From the NCBI GenBank assembly GCA_051294375.1, contig CM119265.1:13756124-13820123 (forward strand): 64,000 nt of DNA. Direction: 5' to 3'. Below are positions 12,801 to 26,227 of the stretch, in pieces. Made by a program: the position numbers and the translations under genes. The notes below the pieces were generated by a model, which worked only from the letters and a program-made list of their open reading frames with translations, had not been told where the DNA came from and ran no database searches. Positions within the stretch are counted from its first letter, which is position 1, and each line of letters starts with the position of its first letter. This DNA is from Paraspadella gotoi. Taxonomy: Eukaryota; Animalia; Chaetognatha.

Positions 12801-15128
12801 CTTATTCCTTTCTATTTCTTTCACATCGTCTCGTCTTTCCTCCTACTCCCGCACCGGAAATCCGCCAAACGTATCGACCGCTGTCGACCCCGTCGCAAAA
12901 AATGTTTTTGGAAATCGTATCCTTAAAAGTGTTTTGAGAGTAAAAACTTGCCTCCCCCCCTCCTCCCTTCGCTTTCGCTCAACTCGCTCCTCCGCCCTCG
13001 CCCTCATAACTGTGGCCTCGCTACTTGTCTCCCTTTATACTCTTGCCTGAACCATCGTTCATATCATATCCTGTCATGACTCTTTACCACATACTCGCCT
13101 ATCGCTAACTCTTCTTGGTGACAACACGTTTCCCGCTACCGTGTGAAGCCGACTCACATTGACTTCGTTTTTTGAGGAGCAGTAATGTCGTTAAAGTCCC
13201 ACATATTTGAGTTTCCGGGCAGAATTTTAAAAGACGATGGGAAGCAATTCGTTAAAATTCGTTATCGGACGACGCATAAAGGATAAAAGCGTTTTACCTA
13301 ATTCTTTTAATTAATTTTAAGTAGGGTTAAATTTATTTAAAAAAGTTATGAAATTAAATATAAAATAGATTTAAATGAAAGATATCAAAACTACATTATG
13401 AGATTAATGATTACTGTAGAATTCACAATACGAATGGTAGTTTCTTTATGCGTTCTCTCTCTCTCTCTCGCTTCTCTCCTCTCTTCTCTCTCTCTCTCTC
13501 GTCTCCTCTCTCTCTCTCTCTCTTCTCGTCTCTCTTCTCTCTCTTCTCTTCATATTCTAGAGCTCCCGCGATATGGGCATAAAGTGGGAGCGTGTCTCGG
13601 CCAGGAGCGCTACTTTCCTTTTTCCCTCTCCTCTCTTCTGCTCCTCCTCCACCTCTCACTCCTCACTCCTTTCCTCCTTCAGAGCCAGGCCCGACCCTCG
13701 GCGGCCTTAATCTCCTCAAGGGCGGCGAATCCTCAAGTATTGGCGCGTAACAAAAATTCAAGTGAAAAGAAATCGGAAATTTTATCAGGCAAAGAACGCG
13801 AATGCGATCAGGGATTTCCTTTTTTTTTTTTAAAAAAGAACGCTGAGCGGGAGAGCGGAAAAAATGGAGATGGCAGAGAGCGAAGAGAGAGAGAGAGAGA
13901 GAGAAAGAGAGAGGAGGGTTGAAGAAAGGGAGAGGAAAGATAAGGAAAGAGAGGCAACAACTAAAAAAACGCCAGCGAAGGCAATTGAATAATAGCGAAA
14001 GCTTTTCTTTAATTGTGAGGTTCGAGACGATTTAAAAGATCTGTTCAAAAAAAATCGATTTCAAAAACGTAACCCGACAGAGGAAATAACAAAAGAAGAA
14101 GAGAAAAAGAAAAAAAGAGTAAAAAAAAAGAAAGAAAAGCATAACGTCCCCTTTTTTTATTTGGACAGAAAGTTAAAAAAACATGGAAAGAAGTGAAAGG
14201 AAGCCCATGTTTGGGGGGAAAACAGGAAAAGAAGGAAGAGCTCTTCTCACAATTCGAGGTGTAGAGAGTCGGAGAGTCATAGAACCTGAACTAAGAGAGC
14301 CTAAAAAAGGTTCGCAGGAAAAGGAAAAGGAGAAGGGAAATAGTAAAGAGTGCAAAGAATGTAGAACTTTTGCAGAGAGCCAGGATAAAATGAGAGAAAA
14401 GAGAGAGAGAATGAACCAACTTGGGGCCTTTTTGAAACGGAAAAAAGATTTTGAGAGGAAATTGAAGGACGAGAAATCTGACCAGAGGTATAAATAGAAA
14501 GATAAAAAGCCGGATGAATAAATAATTAAAATTCCGTATTGAGAATAGAATTAAAAGAAAATAATGAAATCAAAAGATTGAAGATTTAGAACTAAATCGA
14601 GAAAAAGTGTGGCATGATTCCTTTTTAAGTGGAAACTTTAAATGGTTGAAATCGCAATTATATTTATAAGTAGAAATGTGGAACTGAAAACACAGGAGAA
14701 AGCAATCCTCAAAGGAAACTTAAAAACGAGACTAATACGTAGACTTTAAACCCACCGAGAAAAAAATAGGGGTAAAGAATGAAAAGCCGGGAGCTTTGCG
14801 CCCGGAAAGAGAGAGAGAGAGAGAGAGGACCTGAGAGTAGTGGGACCCACTCTCGGAGTGGAGATGGTGGAATTTTTAGACCCGCCCGGAAAGGGGGCGA
14901 TGAAGAGGAGACCTCGCGCTTTAGGAAAGCGTAAACTCAGTCTTATGGAATATGATTGAAAGGAAGAAGGAAAAGTGCTAATTTGAAATCAGAAGAGGGT
15001 TGTGATCGGAACCTTGACTCCGTGGGTGGGCGACGACGGCCAACGACGAGCGACGGCGATGAACGCTCCCTCCACAACATCTTTGCTACTTGAATTCGTG
15101 AAGAGAAGAGAGAAGAGAGAGAGGAGAG

Positions 15129-15168
<40 letters not shown>

Positions 15169-18100
15169 GCGCCTTTGGTTCCGAGTGAGTTCCGGATAAT
15201 TTATCCTCTATCGCACTACTAACGGCGGGAAAGAAATATAAATTATATAAAACTAAAAGAAAGAAAGAAACAATCAAAGTAAAAATTCGGCAAGCCCACT
15301 AAAAATGAAGGAAAACGTGACAATAAAAAAATTATATAAAATGAACTAATGAAATTTTGTGAAAATGAATATAATTGGGGAAGAGAGGAAAAAAGGTGGG
15401 AGAGAGAAGGAGAAAGGAAGGAGAGAGAGAAGAGAGAGAGAAAGAGAAAATAGAAATTTTAAACTGACAATCGAGGAGTTGGAGTGGAGAAATTCAGAGA
15501 TAGAGACAGAGAGATACAAAGGAGATGAAGAGAAGAAGGAGAACAAAAAGAGGCGTTCAAGGGAAAACGAAAGCACCAAATTTCCGAGGGAAAAAAAAAA
15601 GAAATATGAAAAACGAAGATTAAAAATCATGAATTCGTCAGTTCAATTAAAAATGCCGCCGTCGAGGACGACGACGACGACGACAACGAGACCGTGAAGA
15701 CTCGTTGACGAAAAAAAAAAGAAGAAAAAAAAAAAAGGAAAGAAAACCCCAAAATCGCTGAATTGAGACGAAGAGTTTTAAAAGGAATTTTCTTCGTCTT
15801 TTGTCTTTGTCTTCATCGTCGCCGTCGTGACGTATTGGCTGAGTCTTTTGGGTGCAACCACCGTTTCAACAATTTTTTCAATTATAATCATTAATTATTA
15901 TTAGTTTATTTAACCTAAAAGAAGGGAGAAGAAAGGAGAACGCCGTGTCCACCTCCGATAAGCGGACCATGGCCGAGGCCGCTTTTTCGCCGCTCAAGAA
16001 ACGCGCGCGGGCCGAAGCCTCAAACCCCGTCAGTTTTCGCGGGGTAAAGGCCGGGCGCCCGAGCTTCCGTTCCTCCAATTCGCCGCGCGGCGAGTGAGAG
16101 AGAAGGCACCGCTCGCGATTAGCGAATCTACCGGGCGACGCCCGCCGAAAACCCGGCCGCCCATGCTCGCCGAAACCCGGCCGCCTATTCCGCCTGCGCC
16201 GCGGCGGCGGCGACACCCTGTCGCGAAATTATGCGCATTTTTTTTTTTTGGAGCACATCATCCAGGGAAAAATAGCTGGTAGGGCAGATGGGACACGGAT
16301 GGGGGAAGGGAAACTGATAATGACTGGGAAACGATAGGCGTCGAAATGGAGGAAGAGTTGTGGGAAGGGAGGGGGAGAAAGGGAAGAGATGGGAAAAGTT
16401 TGGGCGGGAAAAATCGACGAGGGACCAGGAACGATTATGGTGGGAAGGAATGTGAGAAGATGGCCGCTGCGTCTCCGACTTCACCGGAGGGACGTGAAAA
16501 TGGAATGCGCCACCGGCGAATTTACGAAGTTGGAAATGACGGGAACGGCATGGAAGAAATTCATTGGAAAGGACGGGTTACCGAAGCAAGCGGAAAGTAG
16601 ACGGGTGTAAACATAATGCTGTGGCTTTTGCGGTTTGGTTTACAGAAAAAGCTACATACGGACGAATAATATTTACGAGACTTACCTGTTTGTGAAGTCG
16701 GAGTCGAAGGGGGAAGAAGATGGAAAGAGAAATCATGTAGAAATTAATAAATTTGAGTTCACATCAATTTTAACATCTAATTAATAGAACTTGTTAAAAT
16801 TTCAATTAGTTTAAGTTAATTTAAAACAAATAGCAACAAAACGAAATTCGAAGTACGAAATAAACATTTTTATTAACGGGCCGCAAATAGACTTTTTTAG
16901 CTCATCTCGTTGTTGCTAACCCGCTACATAGTAAATCAATAAAGCTCACGGGGATTTGCAATGGCACCCCTTTCATCTGGTCGTCGATTTCCAACTGCCA
17001 CAGTCATCACAAATAATTCACTGGCGCCGCACACGACGAGTTCCCGGATTCCACGGCGCCTTCGAAACTCCCCGCGCCGCTATTCGCAGAAATTTTCCTC
17101 TTCGGGTTCCCTGGGCGGCGACGCGAGCGCCGTTGTTGGTCCGGGCAGTGATCGGGGGCCCGGCGTCCAGTCTGGTCCATGAACGCGCGACGCGTCGTCA
17201 AGACCAACACATTGCTCGGCGCCTTTTCTCGTCATTTCGTGTATCATTGTGCTCCGCCGGTGCCCGGAGCCCCTCTGAAAACGACGATGGCGACGGACGC
17301 GAACGATGAAAATGATCTGATTCTTCAATGAGTTGAGCGTGAGAGTGACAACAGAATTGTGACACCAAATGTTCAACGGCTGATTGAAGAGAGACTTGTA
17401 CGAGAGGAGGAGAACAACAACCAACGAGTAAGTTAGGATACGAGTTACGTTTCAAGAGTCTCACGAGTACTCGGAGTGAGTCTACAGAAGTGAGAAGATC
17501 ACGCTGACGAGCGATCGTAAAGGTTGTCTGCGGAGGTCTGAAGTGAGATGTCAGTATGATGATTCGATATGTGGCACGCTGATACGAAGAAGGCGGTGAA
17601 TAGAGGTGATGAGTGTTTATCGTATCTTGTCAGGTTCTTTGCGGGGTTTAGGGTAAGTATTTTTAAACAAATAATTTTTACTTCCGAGATAACGGACGAA
17701 CAAGAAGAAGAAAGCTGTAAACAGCAATAGATGCATTCCAAACAGAGACGACGCAAGCTCACGTTGACACCGCACGGCCATACTTTTGAAAGATAATAAA
17801 AGAAAAAAGAAAAGGACGTCGAGGACGGCGATTACGACGATCGTAACTAAACAAGCAATAAAAGCGTTGAACACAAAGAATGAGAAAAAATCATTAGGCC
17901 TTTTTTTCTCTCTATTATTGTGTCGAGAATCTTCAAAGTGCAGATTTTCCACATTTGCTTTTTGAGCCCGGGCTTTTGGTCGCTTTATCTCTCTCTCTCT
18001 TCTCTCAACTGTTCCTGGCATCTCTATCATCGTCGTCTCTCTCTCCCCTCCTTCCACTTCTGTCTGCACCTGTGTGTCAGATGAAATTCCTCACAGCCAA

Positions 18101-18915
18101 ACCTGCCCCTCAGTAATTTCACATACGCTTATGAAAAATGCAAATACGCCACATTCTTTCCTCCCATTTTCCCGGGCTTTTCCCGTTTTTTTTTTTGATA
18201 TACAGCCTCCCGGCTCAGCGCAGCCCCCGCCGGAGCCCATCCGCTTCGCCCACACTGGCACTCAACCTCTGCTCTTTCCGCCCTCCACCGCAGCCGTCCT
18301 TCGCCGCAGCCAACAACTGCTCATCGACCTTGATCGAGATTCTACCTTCACCGGGCCTATAGCTGTTCAATGTTCCATTGTTGCATATCTATATATTCGG
18401 ATAATCAAACTCTATCCTCCAAGACCCCGTTCTTAAGACCACATCTAGTTTCTTAAGCGGAAACCACACAATCTAATTAAAACCAGCTGGTGCGCAATAG
18501 AATCCAGCCTTCATTCCAACCATTAAAAGCCCTGGGCCGAGCGGTTTTTTCTCACCAACTTGTCCCTTAAACTCATTGGAGAAATAATTCAAAAAACCTC
18601 AATTCCTGATAGCTTTCTAAAAATAAATTTAAATCTTTGAGTTAATTTCTACCACAAGAAATAAACATCAGGTTCGCGGATCACCACAACAGGCTCTTTC
18701 TGCTCATAAAACTCGTCTTTATCGAAACTAAAAAAAGAATTTTCGAAAAAACGTTTTCAGAGATTTGTTGTTCATTTCATGCGACATTGAGGATATAGCG
18801 GCCACATTTTTTCTCCCTCTAACCGCTTTTTGACGGGGGGACGCAGTAAATTTTGAAGGCAAAGGCGCGAGCGTGGCGCGGTGGAGAAAAGAGAGAGAGA
18901 GAGAGACGAGAGAGA

Positions 18916-18954
<39 letters not shown>

Positions 18955-20299
18955 GAGAAGGGCATAATTCACTTTGTTTCTTTCAAAATTTCAAGTCGGA
19001 ATTTTCTTTCTAAGAAAAAGAAAGAAAAAAAAATGGGTGAAAGTATAAAAATGGGGGAAAATAATTACTTTGTCGTCTTAGATTGTTTTCTTCCCTTCCT
19101 TTCTTTCTTCTTTTCCTCTCTTTTTTCCCCCTTCATATTTCGTCCATCTCCTTCTCTCTCCAATGTTTAAAGTTTTAAAAAGAGAAAAGGAAAAAGAGAA
19201 TCAAAGATGGCGGATCGTAAATTATTGGTGGAATTTCCTCGAGTTTCCGTCCGCCGCGTTTCTTCTTCTTTTAAAAGAAATGTTTTACGACTAATTCTCG
19301 ATCTTCGATTGACTAAACAAAAAACTTAATCGTCCTCGATTCGGCTAATCTTTTTTCTCATCATCATAAATTTCTCTTTTTTTTTATTTCATCGGTTGCC
19401 ATCGCCAACGCCATTGCTTACTGCCAAAACATTGCCATCTCAATTCTATCGCTCTCGTCCTCTCCATCGCCTTTGCCATTTCAAAACGTCAGCGCCCTCT
19501 TCATTTCCCATTTCCTTCGTTTTCCATTTTTTTGTTTTATCTCTTCGCTCGCGCCAAAAAACATCTTCCGACGACTCGAAAAGTCAAAGTTGAAAACGCT
19601 TTCGTATTTAAAAATCGCAACTTAACTATAAGTTATAGTCCCTCGTCTTCTCCGCGGTCGACAGTCAGTCGATGATAGTCGGTGGGGATCACGGAAGGTC
19701 AGGAAAGGGATCCTCAAAAATTTCGCTGCTCGGTTGTCTTTTCGTCCGCTTCGCCCTCTTCTCCTCTAGATTCCCCTGACGATCGCCGCAGACACGCCCC
19801 CCCCAACGTCGATCGCACCAACCAGACGCATACGTCAATTTCTCCCCCCCACTGGGAAAATCTTCTTTTCCATCCGTATTCGTCGTCTCTAGGACTCGGC
19901 TCGAACCACTTTCAAACTCCCCCCCCTCTTCGTTTTCTACCCCCCACGGCGCCACCTTCACAGCATCGTTGCCGCCGTCTGTCCTCGTCCGGAATAATAA
20001 AGGAGATAAACCAGAACAAAACACAAGAAAATATCTGACATAAATCGGAAAATTTATGATGGAAGACGAGGATGACGCGACGATGACGACGACGAACTGG
20101 AGAACAACGACGGCGAAGAACCCTGGCGTGGATGACGACGACGACGACAACAACACGATGAGCGCAGCATGAATTCAGGGGGACAAAAAAAAAATGAGGA
20201 TGAACGAAAGTCGCTCAAGCCAAGGATAGAATGAGAGAAGAGAAATAAAGGAAGCGAGAAGGGGGGAAAACAAAGAGAGAGAAAAAAGGGTTGGGTTTG
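9848..20299 (+). repeat. Left arm of a ~10.4-kb inverted duplication
   Basis: Collinear reverse-complement match to 31492-41977 wherever checked. Ends: CATTTTTAGCGATTAAATC at 9848 vs GATTTAATCGTAAAAATG ending 41977; GGGTTGGGTTTG ending 20299 vs CAAACCCCAACCC near 31492. Confidence 0.95.
10262..10901 (-). CDS. Probable terminal exon encoding an Asp-rich tandem-repeat region (frames broken by indels)
   Basis: Acceptor cccattgcatcttcag ends at 10902. Imperfect ~50-nt repeats translate as NK-V-NDDD-IKAIVDDDDD variants, and the frame ends DMTINFNEERTLPHWPLTSRKRKSSA-TAG. Indels differ between the two arm copies, consistent with consensus errors. Confidence 0.45.
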
Positions 20300-20314
20300 G
20301 AGAAAGGAGAAGTG

Positions 20315-22182
20315 AGGGAGGGGATAAAGCGGGAGTGCGGGGAGGGAAAAGCGGGGTAGGGGAGGGATAAAGCGGGGGGAGAGGGGAGCGCGGGAACCCA
20401 TGTCCCTATTCCTTTTTTTTTTTCGCCTGCGATAGAAACGAGGGAAAATTTTTTTTTCTTCTTTTTTTTTTTTAATTATGATGCAAACGATAATCTCTGC
20501 AGCGAAATTCTCTCTTTCGGAACATTAATGCCGCCACATTTGTTTGCCTCGCCATAATTTTTGTTTCACAAACAACCGTCGTTGCCTCGTTTGGGTCGTT
20601 CAAAATTTGACGAGGGGAAAAAAAATGTCGGATTCTCGGAATAGAGAAAAAAAATAAATATATAATAATAATCGAGTCCCAATTAAAATATTTTTTTCGA
20701 CGGCGACGTGAGATGGAAAATATGAATGAGGAATTGACGAGGAGCCCCGCTGAGTTAATTGACTTCCGATGTTAAAGTGACCCGCGGGAGACAGCGGGAG
20801 CGACCGGAGGTAGCTGCGGGAGGTGGCTGGAGTTGGAGGAATTAACTGGAGCGGCAGGGGTTGAAGGAGTGAGCGGTGTCCGGGAATGCCCGCGGCATCT
20901 GCGATGACAGAAGTGGGTTAGAGCGAAAATGGAGTATCAGGCGTTTCAGAGACGTCTCTGAATTTCATGGTGAATGTGAATGAAAAAAAACAAACAGAGC
21001 AGACAAGGAATCTGTAATGCTTGGTGGTTTGATTGAACGAACGGAACAATGAGAGCAGGTTAACGATAAATTGAAACGAGTAGGTGACGCGATCGTCGGG
21101 AAAGGGAAGCATGAAATAGGAACTTACGTTAGTCGGGAAGCTGTGCCTGTGCCTGTGGGCGGCGACAGATGTTGATGACGCTGTTGACGTGGGGAACATC
21201 AAACCAAGTTGTGAATATGCGGATTATGGAAAAAGAAGAAAGATTAAACAATTTTGAAAGATTTTTTTTAATCACAGTTTGCGCAACATGGAAAACAAAC
21301 TCTACATTTTTATTGCGTAGAGAGAATTCGAGAATCGTTGTCGTTAATTTTAAATTGAGTTTTCATTTTGTGGTTTTTTTTTCTTTGTTACTTTCTTTTT
21401 TTCAATTCATTCGTAACTTTACTTTTTATATTTATATATTAATTATTACTTCGTAATAACAGTTACCGCTTCTTTTAATTTCGTTTCGTGTCTCTACATG
21501 TCTCAATAATCGATACAGGGAAAGTTACAAATAAAGAAACAAGTTTAGAATCCATTTTTCCCATTCCGTTTTCCCTCCCATCCCTTCATCCTCGGCGCCA
21601 TTGTTATGGAAAACTCAGTCCCGAAGCAAGAAATGTATTCTGCCGTCGTCGTCGTTGTCGTCGTCCATCGCCAACGGCCGAAGTCGTCGACATTTTGTAT
21701 CATTGCAAGAGTTAAAAAATAAACAAGAAATGCTTTACATGTTTTTTTTGTTATTTCGTCTTCCCGGCGCCTAATTTAAACGCCGAGAGAAGATGCCCGG
21801 CGTCCCGGTTCTCTGTTCAGTGATGACGTCCATAAACAACACGTCCTGACCGCAAAAACATACAGGGACAGAGTGAGAGGGCGATAGAGACGGAGAAAGA
21901 GAGAAAGAAAGCTGCGAAGGAAACATAACGGCTTTGAATATTAACACTTGCGAGAAGAAAATTGGGCGAGAATATGCTTAGTGCGAGAAGAGAAAAAGAG
22001 AGGGAGAGAGAACGATGTAGAAAACATTGACAAACAAAATTATATTATGTAGGGTAAATCGAGTTGTAATATAACTAACATCACAGGATAATGAAATATT
22101 TTGTTTATTCTAGAAATATGCTTAGAGTAAACGTACTACTCGATTTCAAAAAATAAAATTCATATGCTCAGAAGATAAATAG
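20315..22182 (+). repeat. Copy 1 (forward) of a ~1.9-kb block present three times
   Basis: Matches 24352-26227 directly and 22504-24189 as reverse complement. Confidence 0.95.
20700..21200 (-). CDS. Two putative spliced exons of a Ser/Pro/Ala-rich protein
   Basis: Donor GTAAGT at 21127-21122 and acceptor CTAACccacttctgtcatcgCAG ending 20899 define a 229-bp intron. Translations from the three copies give MFPTSTASSTSVAAPQAQAQLPD and MPRAFRTPLTPSTPAAPVNSSNSSHLPQLPPVAPAVSRG. Frame and outer boundaries are uncertain. Confidence 0.35.
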
Positions 22183-22503
22183 ATATAGAATTAAACGGAT
22201 AAAAAAGCAATACACTAAAAATAAGATACAAAAAAAAAAAAGATGAAAAGAAAAAATGGCGGGAAAGAAGAACTAAAATCTGTTCCTCCGCGGGGTTGCG
22301 GATTTAAAATTGTTTCGGCGGTGCGCAATTTTGATTGAAGAAAATGAAAAAAGGAACCGAGGGCGTAAAAAAAATAAAAAAGAGAAAGCCATCCAGTTCC
22401 AGAAAGAATAAATTTAACCGAAAAAAAAAAAAAAAGTAAACAATGCAAAAAGGCGAATGAAAAATGTTTTAAAACGACNNNNNNNNNNNNNNNNNNNNNN
22501 NNN

Positions 22504-24189
22504 CTATTTATCTTCTGAGCATATGAATTTTATTTTTTGGAAATCGAGTAGTACGTTTTACTCTAAGCATTATTTCTAGAAANNNNNNNNNNAGTACGTT
22601 TTACTCTAAGCCTTAATTCTAGAAATTAACAAAATATTTTATTATCCTGTGATGTTAGTTATATTACATCTCGATTTACCCTACATATATAATTTTTGTT
22701 TGTCAATGTTTTCTACATCGTTCTCTCTCCCTCTCGTTTTCTCTTTCTGCACTAAGCATATTCTCGCCCAATTTTCTTCTCGCAAGTGTTATTATTCAAA
22801 GCCGTTATGTTTCCTTCGCAGCTTTCTTTCTCTCTTTCTCCGTCTCTATCGCCCTCTCACTCTGTCCCTGTATGTTTTTGCGGTCAGGACGTGTTGTTTT
22901 TATGGACGTCATCACTGAACAGAGAACCCGGACGCCGGGCATCTTCTCTCGGCGTTAAATTAGGCGCCGGGAAGACGAAATAACAAAAAAAACATGTAAA
23001 GCATTTCTTGTTTATTTTTTTTAACTCTTGCAATGATACAAAAATGTCGACGACTTCGGCGTTGGCGATGACAACGACGACGACAACGACGACGACGGCA
23101 GAATACATTTCTTGCTTCGGGACTGAGTTTCCATAACAATGGCGCCGAGGGATGAAGGGATGGGGAGGTGAAAACGGAATGGGAAAACATGGATTCTAAA
23201 CTTGTTTCTTTATTTGTAACTTTCCCTGTATCGATTATGGAGACTAAAGAGACACGAAACGGAAATTAAAAGAAGCGGTAGCTGTTATTACGAATTGATA
23301 ATTAATATAAATATAAAAAAGGTAAAGTTACGAATGAAATTGAAAAAAAGAAAGTAACAAAGAAAAAAAACACAAAATGAAAACTCAATTTAAATTAACG
23401 AACAACCGATTTCTCGAATTCTCTCTACGCAAATAAAAATGTAGAGTTTGTTTTCCATGTTGCGCAACTGTGATTAAAAAAAATCTTTCAAAATTTGTTT
23501 AATCTTTCTTCTTTTTCCATAATTCCGCGATATCACAACTTGGTTTGATTGTTCCCCCACGTCAACAGCGTCATCAACATCTGTCGCCGCCCCACAGGCA
23601 CAGGCACAGCTTCCCGACTACGTAGTTTCCTATTTCATGCTTCCCTTTCCCGACGATCGCGTCACCTACTCGTTTCAATTTTATCGTTAACCTGCTCTCA
23701 TTGTTCCGTTCCGTTCAATCAAACCACCAAGCATTCAGATTCCTTGTCTGCTTGTTTGTTTTTTTTTCATTCACATTCACCCATGAAATTCAGAGACGTC
23801 TCTGAAACGCCTGATATCTCCATTTTCGCTCTAACCCACTTCTGTCATTCGCAGATGCCGCGGGCATTCCCGGACACCGCTCACTCCTCTCAACCCCTGC
23901 CGCTCCAGTTAATTCCTCCAACTCCAGCCACCTCCCGCTACCTCCGGTCGCTCCCGCTGTCTCCCGCGGTCACTTTAACATCGGAAGTCAATTAACTCAG
24001 CGGGGCTCCTCGTCAATTCCTCATTCATATTTTCCATCTCACGTCGCGTCGAAAAAATTATTTTAATTGGGACTCGATTTATTTATATTTTATTTTTTTT
24101 CTCTATTCCGAGAATCCGACATTTTTTTCCCCCTCGTCAAAATTTTGACGACCCAAACGAGGCAACGACGGTTGTTTGTGAAACAAAAT
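22504..24189 (-). repeat. Copy 2 (inverted) of the ~1.9-kb block
   Basis: Starts CTATTTATCTTCTGAGCATATG, the reverse complement of the sequence ending at 22182, right after a 25-N gap, and continues back to ~20557. Its last ~90 bp recur at 24200-24289 after a 10-N gap. Confidence 0.95.
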
Positions 24190-24351
24190 NNNNNNNNNNC
24201 TATTCCGAGAATCCGACATTTTTTTCCCCTCGTCAAAATTTTGACGACGCAAACGAGGCAACGACGGTTGTTTGTGAAACAAAATTATGNNNNNNNNNNN
24301 NNNNNNNNNNNNNNAAAGGTTGCGGGTCTTGCGGAGAAATGGAGAGCTGAG

Positions 24352-26227
24352 CGGAGGGGATAAAGCGGGCAGTGCGGACGAGGGGATAAAGCGGGGGGAA
24401 GGATAGGGGGAGGGGAATAAAGCGGGGGGAGAGGGGGAGCGCGGGAACCCATGTCCCTATCTCCTTTTTTTTTTTCGCCTGCGATAGAAACGAGGGAAAA
24501 TTTTTTTTTCTTCTTTTTTTTTTTTAATTATATGCAAACGATAATCTCTGCAGCGAAATCTCTCTTTCGGAACATTATGCCGCCACATTTGTTTGCCTCG
24601 CCATAATTTTTGTTTCACAAACAACCGTCCGTTTGCCTCGTTTGGGTCGCTCAAAATTTGACGAGGGGGAAAAAAATGTCGGATTCTCGGAATAGAGAAA
24701 AAAAATAAAATATAAATATAATCGAGTCCCAATTAAATTAATTTTTTTCGACGCGACGTGAGATGGAAAATATGAATGAGGAATTGACAGGAGGCCCCGC
24801 TGAGTTAATTGACTTTCCGATGTTAAAGTGACCGCGGGAGACAGCGGGAGCGACCGGAGGTAGCTGCGGGAGGTGGCTGGAGTTGGAGGAATTAACTGGA
24901 GCGGCAGGGGTTGAAGGAGTGAGCGGTGTCCGGAATGCCCGCGGCATCTGCGATGACAGAAGTGGGTTAGAGCGAAAATGGAGTATCAGGCGTTTCAGAG
25001 ACGTCTCTGAATTTCATGGGTGAATGTGAATGAAAAAAAACAAACAAGCAGACAAGGAATCATTGATATGTTGATGGCCTTTGGATTGAAGTTTCGATTG
25101 AACGAACGGAACAATGAGAGCAGGTTAACGATAAAATTGAAACGAGTAGGTGACGCGATCGTCGGAGAAGGGAAGCATGAAATAGAAACTACGTAGTCGG
25201 GAAGCTGTGCCTGTGCCTGTGGGGCGGCGACAGATGTTGATGACGCTGTTGACGTGGGGAACAATCAAACCAAGTTGTTGATAATCGCGGAATTATGGAA
25301 AAAGAAGAAAGATTAAACAAATTTTGAAAGATTTTTTTTAATCACAGTTGCGCAACATGGAAAACAAACTCTACATTTTATTTGCGTAGAGAGAATTCGA
25401 GAAATCGTGTTCGTTAATTTAAATTGAGTTTTCATTTTGTGGTTTTTTTTCTTTGTTACTTTCTTTTTTTCATTTCATTCGTAACTTTTACCTTTTTATA
25501 TTTATATTAATTATTACTTCGTAATAACAGTTACCGCTTCTTTTAATTTCGTTTCGTGTCTCTACAGTCTCAATAATCGATACAGGGAAAGTTACAAATA
25601 AAGAAACAAGTTTAGAATCCATTTTTCCCATTCCGTTTCACCCCCCATCCCTTCATCCTCGGCGCCATTGTTATGGAAAACTCAGTCCCGAAGCAAGAAA
25701 TGTATTCTGCCGTCGTCGTCGTTGTCGTCGTCATCGCCAACGGCCGAAGTCGTCGACATTTTGTATCATTGCAAGAGTTAAAAAAAATAAACAAGAAATG
25801 CTTTACATGTTTTTTTTGTTATTTCGTCTTCCCGGCGCCTAATTTAAACGCCGAGAGAAGATGCCCGGCGTCCGGCGTTCTCTGTTCAGTGATGACGTCC
25901 ATAAAAACAACACGTCCTGACCGCAAAAACATACAGGGACAGAGTGAGAGGGCGATAGAGACGGAGAAAGAGAGAAAGAAAGCTGCGAAGGAAACATAAC
26001 GGCTTTGAATAATAACACTTGCGAGAAGAAAATTGGGCGAGAATATGCTTAGTGCAGAAAGAGAAAACGAGAGGGAGAGAGAACGATGTAGAAAACATTG
26101 ACAAACAAAAATTATATATGTAGGGTAAATCGAGATGTAATATAACTAACATCACAGGATAATGAAATATTTTGTTAATTTCTGAAATATGCTTAGAGTA
26201 AAACGTACTACTCGATTTCAAAAAATA
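24352..26227 (+). repeat. Copy 3 (forward) of the ~1.9-kb block
   Basis: Direct match to 20315-22156, from GGGGATAAAGCGGG to CTCGATTTCAAAAAATA; differences are mostly 1-bp indels. Confidence 0.95.

Noticed and set aside
20315-20395. Repeated GGGATAAAGCGGG units as a CRISPR-like or regulatory array
   Set aside because: Only about three short degenerate units with G-rich linkers, in a eukaryotic context with no cas genes; a simple tandem repeat.
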